Notes: generated from the sequence alone by a model not told the origin. A stretch of 64,000 nucleotides of DNA from Mytilus edulis (GCF_963676685.1 NC_092350.1:61690001-61754000), one strand, 5' to 3'; shown: positions 39,301-51,268, counted from the stretch's first letter. Made by a program: numbers and translations.

Positions 39301-40869
39301 TTATTTATGGTTCTGCTTTTAACATTAACAACGATAATAATCATTTCATCATAAAGTTCGAAACAATTCCGTCAACACGTACCATTTTACATACAAAGAA
39401 AAATATATTTATTCTAGGTATTAATTTAGCCCAAATTCTATTTCCTGCTACTATCCCCTCCTCAAATTTTAAGTTCGTGATACAAAACAAAAATAGAAAA
39501 AAATATGTGGAATAATTGTTAAAGAGACAATTCTGCACAAAAGACAAAATAACACATAAATAAACGATTAAAGCATAATTTCACTGAAGGTGGTCTTAAT
39601 TAATACATGATAATTTAAAACGCACCGATCATTATCAGCAAAAGCAATAGTGCATTGATAATGTGTTTTTAATTCCTATCGAAACAGATATCAAATTTGA
39701 AAAAAAATATCAAATCGAAAGGTTAATGGGTTCATTAATTACGTCAATTTTACATTAAAGTTATGTGCCCACCAGAATACGGGGAAAGTATTAACAAATG
39801 TAAAAACCGAAACGTCAGAGATTCTTAAGTGAGAGGAATAAGTGGATAATGTAAAAGTTGTAAATATCAGCGGCATTCTGAGATCTGCAATATAAAAATG
39901 AATGCTTTTTAATTGTCTGATAAATTATAAAGTCGAATTGATAATGCATCTGGTCACGTGTCAGTTCATAAAGCAATGAATGATGATTGGTTGCAAGGTC
40001 TAGGAGGGTGTTCTCCACTTCCCTTACTATGGTTTTCTATTGAATAACTGATATCTGATTGGTTTGTGAGTTAATACAGGCTTGCTAAAGAATCAAGATT
40101 ACATCAATAAATGAATTACATGCTGCCTTTTGGTGATTTCCTTTAATCTGTAAGCATGGCTAAAGAGAGTCAAAAAAGACAAATAAAAAAGGCGATCACG
40201 AAAAAGACCTTCTTTCAGAAAAATAGAAAGATAAGGATTCACTTTCTCAAAAGGAAAAAAATCAATTGAAAAGGCACATGAATATGTTCAAATATTCAAG
40301 ACTAAAAAAAAAACAGACGATAAAAATGTTTTACTTAGTAAAGGAGGATATACCATCTCCCTCGACGAAATTTGCAAAACTTGTATTAATTCAGATTTCA
40401 ATACATATAAATTTTGACAAGGGTGATATTTTAAAACGTCATTCTTTTTAAAAAAAATACGCATTTGAACCGGAACTTGTAAACAATGCAATTGAGACAT
40501 ATCAAAACTAATATTGAGATACATAATTTAACATTACAAAAAGCACGCGATTATCTCACTACGCTGGAAAAAAAAAAGGAATGTATTCCCCGAATCGAAA
40601 CAAAAAAAAGTTATTCGAAAAGCAGATAAAATAATACCACAGTGATTAAAACAGAATATATAAATGAAAGACTGAGGCAACTGAGTAGTTACACTCTCTT
40701 CATAGAAATTACAAACTAATATATTAGAGACAATCCAGAAATCAACTATTTTATCTTTGAAATGCATAGAAAAGGGGTCATGTATGAAAACACATTTCCA
40801 TATTTTCTGCCTAAATTGTACAAACTGGATCCTGAACTAATAGAAAGGGTGCAACAGAATACTACAAGG

Positions 40870-41135
40870 TATGAAAATGTCAGAATTCAAGGGGCCACTT
40901 GTTTCATTAGCTGGTACTATCTTAGAGAGAATAGGGAAGTATTTGGAGAAATTCATGCCTCCAGCAGTAGTACAACAAGAAACACATTTAAGGGACATAA
41001 ATATTATTGAGAAATTGCAGGCACACATTTTTGTTCTTCCTTGGCCGGGATTTTGAACCCTGCTACTGAAAATTCGTGACACCGAATCGCATTGCAATAT
41101 GCTGGACGGTCTATACCACTCGACCACCTATCCTC
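40870..41135 (-). mobile_element. tRNA-derived SINE
   Basis: Pol III A box TGGTCGAGTGG (41116-41126) and B box GGTTCAAAATCCC (41047-41059) on the minus strand. No cloverleaf. 3' boundary approximate. Confidence 0.7.
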
Positions 41136-41509
41136 TACAGTAAAAAAGCTTTGTGGCCAGATGCTACATTTCCTCGTCAGTTTTTTTCTAGCGTCGAAAC
41201 ACACTGAGTAAATGATATATACATGTATATCAGTTTAGCTACATGGTGTGTAAGTGACCAAATATACGATATATACGGGGTCAGTAAATTCCATATGGAG
41301 TGAGAGCGATTAGATCTGTAGCTCACTGTGTACCGAACTTATCTTACTGACTATCTTTAAGTGTAGTATATATTAAGTCTTCCATACTTAGTATTAGGAA
41401 CCTAACATTTTTCTATACAAAAAACAAACGACAACAGTAACAACTGGTTAGCTTTACATCTGTTTTATGAATTCTATCATTACATCTATCATTTTTTCCC
41501 CGTCTGTTG

Positions 41510-41872
41510 ATTTAACGGACGCCATCACAAAATTGGTTGACCGTTATGGAAAAACCGTTTCCCAGATGAAATCGGATACTTATGTTTATGAATGTGACAT
41601 ACTGAATTAGACTATTTAGTGGATTTGTAATAACACGAGCAACACGACTGATGCCATATGCGGAGACGGATCTGCTTACTCCTCCGGATCAACTGAGATC
41701 TCCAATAGTTTTTGATAGGGTTCGTGTTGCTCTGTTTTACGTTTTCTATGTTATGTCCTGTATGCTGAAATGATTGTTTGTCTGTTTTGCTTTGTCTCTT
41801 TTAGCCATGACGTTGTCAGTTTGTTTTCGATCTTTGAGTTTGACTGTCCTTCTGGCATCTTTCGACACTCTT
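41510..41872 (+). mobile_element. Penelope-like element 3' fragment
   Basis: GRHHKLVDRYGKTVSQM peptide and tail ending gtttgactgtccttctggcatctttcgacactctt. Confidence 0.8.
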
Positions 41873-42430
41873 TAAAAACCTTTTATTTTTCTTTTTTTTT
41901 CGTTTTGAAATGGAAATAAGTCCTTAATGCCAACAATGACAACTTGTTAGCTTCAAATGTGTTTTATGAACTAATTTTAATGTTGCATCATCAATAATTC
42001 CTTCGTCTGTGAAAACTATCATACTTTTTTTGCTTTGAAATGGAAGTAACTCTTAACTAACCCCATATGGTAACTATAAACTCTATATGGTAAATAACCC
42101 CATATTTTTTAAGACACCCATTATCAAATATTTATAGTCAGCACGTGTAGTCCTGTAACCCACCATATCCCTATAAATCTAAAGGAGGTAAAATAAATGT
42201 ATATGTATATTTAATATGTCTTTAACTCTTTCTTATATTAATTTTTAATCAAATCTAAAGATTTCGGAACGACGCGAAAGATCAGAGAGGATACCAGAAC
42301 GGTGAAAGGTGTTTTTAATTCCGGAAACCTTAATTATAAAAGCCGAACTTGATTGATAATTATGTAAACAAATATCGAGAAAAAAATATTCTCTCAAAAT
42401 ACTAGTAGAAAAATACAATTAATTTCTCAA

Positions 42431-42905
42431 ATATTATTGTACGCGAAAAGCACAGACAGAAGCATTTGTTATGCATATAATGATAATAATAAAAACAAGT
42501 CTGAAGAGGGTTTTCCGTTTTACCACTGATAAGATGTACCAATAGCGTCAAAGAATAACACAACAAAATATGCAATTGTGAATAAAAATGGAAACGTTAT
42601 ATGATTTGAACAGCGAGATGAAACATTTTGAAATATATCAGGCAAAGATTTAAATTATAATAATCATGATATGTTATTGTACGCGAAAAACACAGACAGA
42701 AACATTTGTTATGCATATAATGATAATAATAAAAACAAGTCTGAAGAGGGTTTTCCGTTTTACCACTGATAAGATGTACCGATAGCGTCAAAGAATAACA
42801 CAACAAAATATGCAATTGTGAGTAAAAATGGAAACGTTATATGATTTGATCAGCGAGATTAAACATTTTGAAATATATCAGGCAAAGATTTAAATTATAT
42901 AATAA
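42431..42905. repeat. Recent 240-bp tandem duplication
   Basis: 42431-42664 repeats at +240 with only a handful of substitutions. Confidence 0.95.
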
Positions 42906-43659
42906 TACGATAAGGTTTTATCAATACATGAATTGGTACAAAAATAAATCAATGTAAAACAGATTATCAAATTTCTGCTATATCCTAATTATACTAATGA
43001 TAATATTGAGTTGTCTGCCTTACAATTTTTTTAAGACACCAGTTGTTTTCTCCCATCTCTAAATTGTCAAGGCGAGTCTAAGAAAGATAACTCAAATTTG
43101 TTACAAGATGTAAGTATAATTATGCTGTTTCATAATATTATGGAATTTCCTATTTGCCTCGACTGTTTAAATGCATAAAACTGTATTTAAATAAAGAAGA
43201 CCAAAGAGAAGATATTTATACAGGCAGTCAGAGGCTTTCAAAAATACTTTCTCACTCTTTTCCACTGGATTTTGTTTTTGTTTTTGGTAGTTTTTTTCCC
43301 TTTAGTTTGTTTCCTTTTCTTTGTTCACTTCCTTGTTACATAAATAATTTTTGTTGCAAAACAATGAGATAAGACTACATTATTTATCTTGAGGTCAGGG
43401 ATTAACAGCTGGACACTGGTATCAACAGATGATTGACATATTAGCTCCTCCATAATGCCTATATATTTAGATTAATTACCATGTGCTTTTATTTACATAA
43501 GTTCATTAACAATTTACTCCCTGTTGTGACTTTGGGATTTTAACAAACTGTGCAGAATAGTACTAACTTCAAAATTATATGATAAAAAAATATCTTCAAA
43601 AAATCATTATTAGACTGTAGTGCTACCTTAAATTGTCATCTCAGTACCAGAATCTATGA

Positions 43660-43850
43660 CGAACTAGACGATTATGATTTTGAAATTATGAGTTTCCCCA
43701 CCTTAGTAGAAATATATCAAATGTATATGCATACGGGATATACATTTCCCAACTTTTTCGGTATTCCAAGAGCTAGTTGCTCCTACTCAGACTTTGTAAA
43801 ACGTCACCAGTGTCTAAGCATAAAGTTTATGAATCAACTTTACAAATAAT
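43660..43850 (+). mobile_element. Decayed Penelope-like RT C-terminal fragment
   Basis: Frameshifted DFEIMSFP, AYGIYISQL, CSYSDFVKRHQCLS pieces. Confidence 0.65.
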
Positions 43851-44189
43851 ACACGATGGTCTTGAAGTAAAGATTCTGGTTACGGACGTTTTATATCATC
43901 TAAATAACGTGTTATAGTATTCATGTATTTTTCTTTATGGATATTACTTTTTCTGTTCAGTTTGTTTTTGATAAATAGTACTCATTTGACGTGGGTCTGT
44001 TCGTATACATCCCCTCATTATGTCATTGTTCCATGATTTTTTACCTCCTTGCCATTATCCGGAAAAGTTAATGACATGTTCGATAAGCATTTAAAAAAAA
44101 ACGGTAAGCAATAATTGTTAAGTCAGCTAGTAATGTTACCTATAATTCGTGTTAATCGGTTAACTTCATGCATGTATTCTTTTAAACAG

Positions 44190-44837
44190 GTAGCAATGAT
44201 TACGTTGGATGCTTCATTGATAGATCTAAAAGACTGTTACCACATAAATATAGTCCTCCAGAGTAGGAAAACAACTTGTGCGTGCTTTACTGTAAGAAAC
44301 AGGGTTATATGTACTCTGGGACAGAGGTAATGTTGTAATACTGTAAACAAAACCATTCAACACATGATAAGAAGTATCCTCCAAAGATAACTTGAACCAC
44401 AAATGATATCATTTAAATTCCGAAAAGGATCGTCAGCCGTTAAAAAATAATTAATCAATATTGATCCAGTTGAAAATAACATTTTAGAAAAGGACTTTAT
44501 TTTTTTTGTTCATGGTTATCACACTTAATTAAAATACATTTCTAGTTTTGTCCTTCTTTCCGTGGATGCAACATGGACATTGTAGCTTGTGATTTTCTAA
44601 ATTATTTGCAAAAACTGACTGAACTGAAATTAAAAATGTAGTGCATTCAGTCAGCGCCCAATAAAGTATGTCTACACATTTGCTTCCGAAATAAATTGCT
44701 GTTGTTTGATTGAAAGATCCTATGTGAGAGTTTATGAATTAAAACATAAATATTTATAAAGCGGTTGGTACATTTGTCTACAGATGCAACTTTTTCAAAC
44801 ATGTAATACTAGTTGTGTGAGAATTTTTACTTTATAG

Positions 44838-44880
<43 letters not shown>

Positions 44881-46212
44881 GTGTATTTTTTTTAAGTTTA
44901 TGGTTACACGTACTATGGTTTTACAATTCAGGAATTCTGTTTAAGTCATTGGATAGTAAATAGTGTCGCATGTTGGCAGGTTATAAATTGACACCTGGTA
45001 TTTCAACCAAATAGCACGTATTATAGTGACAGTTTGATAATAAATGACTTTAGTTATAAATAAGGTGTCATCGTCTTTGAAGATAATGTACGGCACACAT
45101 TATATGTTAACTACATTACATCAACAGAAATCATTTAAGAATTATGCTGTTAATGTAATAAAAAATTTATTCCATAATACATTTGACCTTTTTAAATTGA
45201 AAACACTGGAGAACAAAGATGTATTTAATATATAATCCCAAAATATCGTTTCAATTATTTTTAGGATGGTAGGCAATGTTTTTGTGGTAATGATCCTTTT
45301 CAGTACGGCTTTGGATATAATTGTAATCATAAGTGCATTGGCGATCCTGAACAGATATGTGGAGGAGACTACCAGTTATCAGTATATGGAACAGGTATAT
45401 TAACTGATTAGTGAATAAGTATAAACATTTTATGAAAGGGTGTAAGCTTAATATGGAAAATGATGATGTTATCATGCTGCAAATCATCATTTGAAATCCT
45501 TTATTTCTCATATCACGGTCAAAATGATAATTTTAATGTTGTTTGTTTTTAATCTATAACCAATTATTTCCATGAATAATTAAATAAAAGCATTCTAAGA
45601 ATTGAACGAAAACGAACCAGTATTAACAGACAGAAGTGTTCAATTAAAACTTTTATATAAAATTGAGTATTTCATTGATGCTGATTTTTATGCTGATTGA
45701 TAGCATTGTATATGACGCTCGGAAGTGATTCTATCTATAATTATCACCGTTGCTTGCTGCTATTTCTTACAACATTTTATTAAAAATAGCAATGATTCCA
45801 AAACCAGATTATCATAGAATAAACTCAAAAACTCTTTGAGATAAGGCATCTCGGAAGAATCATACAAACACCGTAAAATCAGTTGATACATGATAAAAGA
45901 CTTATGTACAAAAACACTAACTATTTACACCCTAATATTTTACATATGAATTTTTCAGGATATCTTCCTACAAAAGAACTACAAATTCTGTATAAACTAG
46001 TCTCAAATAGTGCGATACCTACAGCACCGGCCAACCAAGTCTTGAAATCAAGAAGTGAAATTCAATGTGCTCTGTATTGCAAAATATGTGACGACTGTAA
46101 AGTGTTCGTATATTCAACAGAAACAGGAGAATGCCGTTTATATAACAGCTACATTGTTATATGTGAGAGAGTTATTGATGTACAGGGATTTCAAGTTTAT
46201 ATGATGAAATAA
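44190..46212 (+). pseudogene. WSC-PAN gene copy C (exons 44190-44326, 45265-45394, 45959-46212) with one in-frame TAG
   Basis: All splice sites AG/GT with the same phases as copy B. Exons read SNDYVGCFIDRSKRLLPHKYSPPE*ENNLCVLYCKKQGYMYSGTE / DGRQCFCGNDPFQYGFGYNCNHKCIGDPEQICGGDYQLSVYGT / GYLPTKELQ...SEIQCALYCKICDDCKVFVYSTETGECRLY...FQVYMMK*. TAG at 44264-44266 sits where A and B have ATG. Confidence 0.88.
44842..44874. repeat. (AT)n microsatellite in an intron of copy C
   Basis: About 16 AT units. Shorter tracts at 14223-14242 and 22564-22581. Confidence 0.95.
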
Positions 46213-46494
46213 GTTTAAGATTTGCTGATGAAGACAACAACTATGAAGAAAAAAGTTTAAAATTTACCTGAGAAAAAAAAAACAGTGAATGAAAAATAAC
46301 TGCCTTGTATTAACTATGTTGATGTGTTCGGATACTACTTTAATACTCTTATGAAAGTGTTTTGCATCTATTTTTATTTTTTTAGCTGCGATTGTGTCTC
46401 GAAACGATCTTTTAGTTCAAGCATATCATTACTTAGTTTGATATATATTGTTATTCTGTTCTATTTTAGTTGGGGAGGGGTTCAGTGCTCACAA

Positions 46495-47060
46495 AATATT
46501 TTTTTAGACGGTGATGTTCCTTTGGCTCCGTCATACGGTGTTTGTTTATGTATCCCATGTTGTTCGCTATGCCCGTATCTGTAGTGATGTCATAAATTTT
46601 AACGAACGTGATTAATACATCACTGGTAGATTATTAAGTCAGGGATTTCGTTACAATAAATAAGTAAACTTAAAACTTTTACTAAATTCTTTATAGTTAC
46701 AAAGATTTGATTATTAAATTTGTTTTTTCCTGTAGAAAACATATCAAAAACGGTATTTCACATCCTTAATTGAGCTGTAATTTTGTACCAAAAACGCGGA
46801 AATCACAATGTGATCCGTATAAACTCATCGAAACTTTAAACCAACGTATTAATAACAGTTTTCTTACCAATGTTATAATTAGATCTTTGATTATAGTTAA
46901 AATTGGCACTAAAAAATATATCGATTTTGTCATCAGCAAATTAAAACATGATTAAATTCGTATGCTGTTTAAACGGGAAGTACAAAGACATACCCACGTT
47001 TATTTTTACCTATCCTACAGCCTGTTAATACATACATTTTTGTAATTGCACAAGTCATCT
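46495..47060 (+). mobile_element. Decayed Penelope-like RT C-terminal fragment (subfamily of 6130-7372)
   Basis: FLDGDVPLAPSYGV, VRYARICSDVINFNER, ITGRLLSQGFRYNK, KTFTKFF. Confidence 0.75.
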
Positions 47061-47549
47061 CTTCTTTGAATGCCGATGACGTTAAAATACTAAGACCCTT
47101 GGTTGTGTTTTGGAAGATTCAGTTTCTGATGTAAGATTTTTATTATTAATTGATTTCGGTTTTTCACTAGATGTCAGTGAAATGTGAGGACTTTCAAATC
47201 GTACTTTCTTGTTAGGTTGACCTGTTGATGATATTTGCAATGCTTTTATGTCAGTAAATGTTAACTTATTAAGGATTATAACTGGTCTATATACCAACTT
47301 TGATAAATATTTGGTTTTACTATAAATTTGCCCTCCTTCGTACATCAAAATTATTTATTTTGTAAAAATACAAATATTTCCTTTCAACTTTTAAACTGTA
47401 TACCTAGCAACAACATTATTTTCATTTCTCTTGTGTATAATAGTATAGCAAATGGTGGATTTCGTTCTCAAGGTTACTGTTGTTTTTCACAAATTGTTTA
47501 ACATTTCGCAGCGGTATAATACGGTTATTTCATTTATTTGGTATTTAAC

Positions 47550-47996
47550 TTTGTGTCTTTCGTGTTAATATGTCTTTTGATTTAGTTAAGCCATTTAAAT
47601 TAATATTTTATAGTGTGTATTTCTATGTTGTTGTGTTAAACTATTGTTTCAGATAAGGGAAAAGGTTTTGGTACCATTAAAACATTTAAACCTGCTGCAA
47701 TTTTTTGCACCTGTCCTAAATCAGGAACTTAGTGTTTAGTGGTTGTCGTTTGTTGATGTGGTCCATGAATGTTTCGAGTTTCTCGTTTTTTATATAGATA
47801 ATATCGTTAGTTTCCTCGTTTGAATGGTTATACACTATATTTATGTTTGGGGGACCTTTATTGCTTGCTGTTAAGTGTGAGCCAAGACTCCGTGTTAAAG
47901 GCCGTACTTTGAACTATAAAGGTTTACTTTTTTAAATTGTGACTTTGAAGGAAAGTTGTCTCATTGGCACTCATACCACATCTTCTTATATCTATT
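47550..47996 (+). repeat. Tail-type repeat ending ...ttgtctcattggcactcataccacatcttct, containing a twister-like motif at 47651-47730
   Basis: AGGG AAAAGG [GTTTTGGT/ATTAAAAC] TTTAA ACCT GC [TGCAA-tttt-TTGCA] CCTG TCCTAAAT CAGG A. Confidence 0.7.
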
Positions 47997-48069
47997 TAAC
48001 CCTTATGTCCCTGTCCAAAGTCGAGAGCCTGTAAACATTATATACATATAATTCCAATATTTATATTTA

Positions 48070-50510
48070 TAGTGTGGCAGAATCTAAATATTGATGACCT
48101 CAAAGCTGTCACCTGGTTGTGCCTGTTCACATTCCCATTTCGTGTATAATCCTGCTGGCCATGTAATTATTGGAGACCTAAACATAGTCAATAACTACAA
48201 GTTGAGACAACTTTTGTCCAAGGGTCCGAAATACAGAGAGCCACAGCCAATCAATTGGAAGCAGACCTTCAAACTACTAATGGATTCTGTTGAGGATTAT
48301 GCAAAAGTCTGGGCAAATAAAGAAAAGGTTGAGGTTAACACTCCTTAGGAGTGGGTAAAATCAGCGAGGTCATTGATTCAGATAAGAGTACGTAAGCTTC
48401 AAGGGTCAATGAGCATCAAAGGTCCTTCCATCTTTAAGGACCCTCATATCATAGAGGAGTTGTCTTGCCTCCATGACAAATATGTTGTCGTTCCAGCTGA
48501 CAAAGCCTCAATCACCACTGTTTTTGTTTGCAAGAAACACTACATTGACTGCTTGATTAAGGAACTGGGTATAAATAACACACTTGGAAATCCTACATAT
48601 ACACTAAGTACGCTTACGAAGCAGGAGATCCTGGAAAACCACAAATCGGTTCTAATCTCCTTTGGTGTTAATCCAAAGGATGAAGACCAGGATCTTCCAT
48701 CCCTATATTTGACTCTAAGCTTCACAAGAATCCTTTTAAGGAAAGGTATATTGCAGGTTCTTCCAAGTGTTCCACTAAACCCCTTTCTAAAGTTCTTACT
48801 GCCATACTCATTGATGTCAAAGAAGGACTTCAGAAGTATTCCGAAACGGCATATCCAAGAAGTGGTGTTAATCAGATGTGGATACTGAAAAATTCAAAAG
48901 AGTTATTGGTGAATTTACAATTTCAATCATTAAAACATTGTACCAGCATAAAAACCTTTGATTTTTCAACTCTTTATACCACTTTTCCACATACTAAACT
49001 TAAAGCTTGACTGAAAGAAATCGTCAGCTTATGTTTATTTAATAAAAAGGACACTAGACGTTTTAAATATCTAGTTTTGGGCTGGAATTCAGCTTACTCT
49101 GTGAAAAAGCATACAGAGTAAAGGAAAAAATATACCGACGAGGATATAACTGCCATGCTGGACTTTTTGATTGACAACATATTTGTTGAATTTGGAGGTT
49201 TGGTCTTCAAACAGACTAGTGAAATCCCGATGGGTTACAATTGCGCTCCTCTACTTGCAGATTTGTTTTGTATATTCCTATGAAGCAGAATTTATCCAAG
49301 GGCTTGTACAGAAAGGAGAAAAGAAATTAGATTAGTTTTTTAATTTCACCTTTCGGTATATTGATGATTTACTGTCTCTTAATATTAATAGATTCAGTGA
49401 TCACTTACATTTAATATAGTCAAGTGAACTTGAAATTAAAGATACTACCGACACAGATAAATCTGCTTCATATCAGACCTTTTTCTCGAAATGACTACTG
49501 ATGGTAGGTTGAATACCAAAATTTATGACAAACGCGATGATTTTAGTTTTCCTAAAGTCAACTTTCTATTTCTGTATAGCAACATCCCAGCGGCACCAGC
49601 ATATGGAGTATATGTGTCTCAATTGATACGTTACTCTAGAGCTAGCTCAAAGTACATTGAACGAGGAATACTGCTTTCTCAAAAGTTGCCAAGACAGGGC
49701 TACGAATCAATCAAGTTAAGGTAATCACTCAAGAAATGTTACGGTCGCCATCATGAGCTGATTGGCCATTATGACAAAAGTGTGTCAGAAGTCATATCTG
49801 ATATTCTTCCTCAGTCATAATAACCTTCCATTATTACCGAACTGAACAAAGAAATAACACGACTGGTGCCGTATACGGTGCAGGAAATGCTTACTCTTCC
49901 GGAGCACCTGATTTCACTCCCGGTTTTTAGTTTGTGTTGTTTCTTAATTATTATTGATGACTGTTGATGTAAAAGAGGGACGAAAGATACCAAAGGGACA
50001 GTCAAACTCATAAATCAAAAACAAACTGACAACGCCATGGCTAAAAATGAAAAAGACTAACAGAAAAACAATAGTACACATGACCATGATGACACAACAT
50101 AGAAAACTAAAGAATTAACAACACGAACCCCACTAAAAACTAGGGGTGATCTCAGGTGCTCCGGAAGGGTAAGCAGATCCTGCTCCACATGTGGCACCCG
50201 TCCTGTTGCTTATGTGATTACAAATCCGGTAAAAAGTCTAATTCGGTAAGTCACATTCATGAAAGGGAAGGGGATTGTAGTTACGACGTAAGGATATCAT
50301 TTGTGAAACGGTTATTCCATAACGGTCAACCAACTCGTGATGGCGTCCGTAAAATTTACGAAGGGATGATTTCAACTTCACCATTTGGAACTCTTGGTTT
50401 AATAGCTTCCTTGTGAGCAGTAACCCTCTATCAAGAAATGATTGATGTAAATGTCCTTTGGTTTTGTGAGTCTTTGTTTACTCTTTGGTTTTTATTGTTA
50501 TTGTCTTATG
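48070..50510 (+). mobile_element. 5'-truncated Penelope-like retroelement (Naiad/Chlamys-like architecture), RT pseudogene + 3' tail
   Basis: CACSHSHFVYNPAGHVIIGDL...LLSKGPKYREP, VVVPADKAS, TFDFSTLYT, IPMGYNCAPLLADLF, FRYIDD (YIDD at 49357-49368), KIYDKRDDFSF...PAYGVYVSQLIRYSRA. ORF ends at TAA 49818-49820 with no C-terminal GIY-YIG. Several stops and frameshifts. Confidence 0.88.
49974..50441 (-). mobile_element. Nested inverted Penelope-like 3' fragment with 10-bp target-site duplication
   Basis: Minus strand encodes FLDRGLLLTRKLLNQEFQMVKLKSSLRKFYGRHHELVDRYGITVSQMIS, then tail. TTGATGTAAA at 49964-49973 and 50442-50451. Confidence 0.85.
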
Positions 50511-51268
50511 AGACAAAATATTGTTATAATTGAAAGATAACACAATTAAATGTTTTAGATAAAAAAAATATTTTCAAGTTGAATATTGCATATCAAATTG
50601 GATTTTCAACATTTAAAAAAATATTTTTCTTTACACTGGTAATATTTCAGAAGCGCTTGTTGTCATTTATCAATTATTTGTATGTTACAATCTTTGTAAA
50701 CACGGAAAAACGAAAAGTTAGAGAAAAATGTCTTATCACTATATTGCATGCATTCTATTTAATAAACAAATCTTTTCCATCTGTGTTTGACCATTTTATA
50801 GATTGTTAATTTCACCTTTTGTTTTAAATTAAGTGTTACTTTGGTCATATTGATGACCTTTTAAATCACATACATATTGATGTATGGAATGCCCTTTAAT
50901 GATTGTGTTGGTAAGATATTACAATTGAATACTGTCATATTAGGGAACCCTGTTTTGTTTTTCTGGATTATTATACAACCAAGGGCGGCGTCCTTTTTCA
51001 CAAGTACTAGGTTTATCCTAGGTTTCTTGTTTGCTTTATATTTCTAAATCGTTGATTTTGTTTTGTTGTCTTTTCATTGCTAAATAGATGAAAACTCCAA
51101 TCAAAATTATCGTCAGCAATAATCGAATGTTATTTTGAAATGTTTAGCACATTGTTTACATATTTTGTATTGTTCGAAAATACAATAGAACCTTTATATA
51201 GTATATATATAAAACACAATTAAAGATGCTAAATTAAATATGAATTAAAGAAAGTTTTATCTATCAAT

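Noticed and set aside
41040-41135. A/B boxes as a tRNA gene
   Set aside because: No acceptor stem or cloverleaf could be formed, and it continues into a repeat-like body. Called a SINE.
47082-47348. 88-aa minus-strand ORF with KKVRF motif
   Set aside because: Short motif in a low-complexity ORF between retroelement fragments, with no splice or homology support I can establish.
49008-49010. In-frame TGA in the Penelope RT as selenocysteine
   Set aside because: Context KA*LKE is better explained by CGA-to-TGA decay. The copy has other stops and frameshifts and no convincing SECIS.
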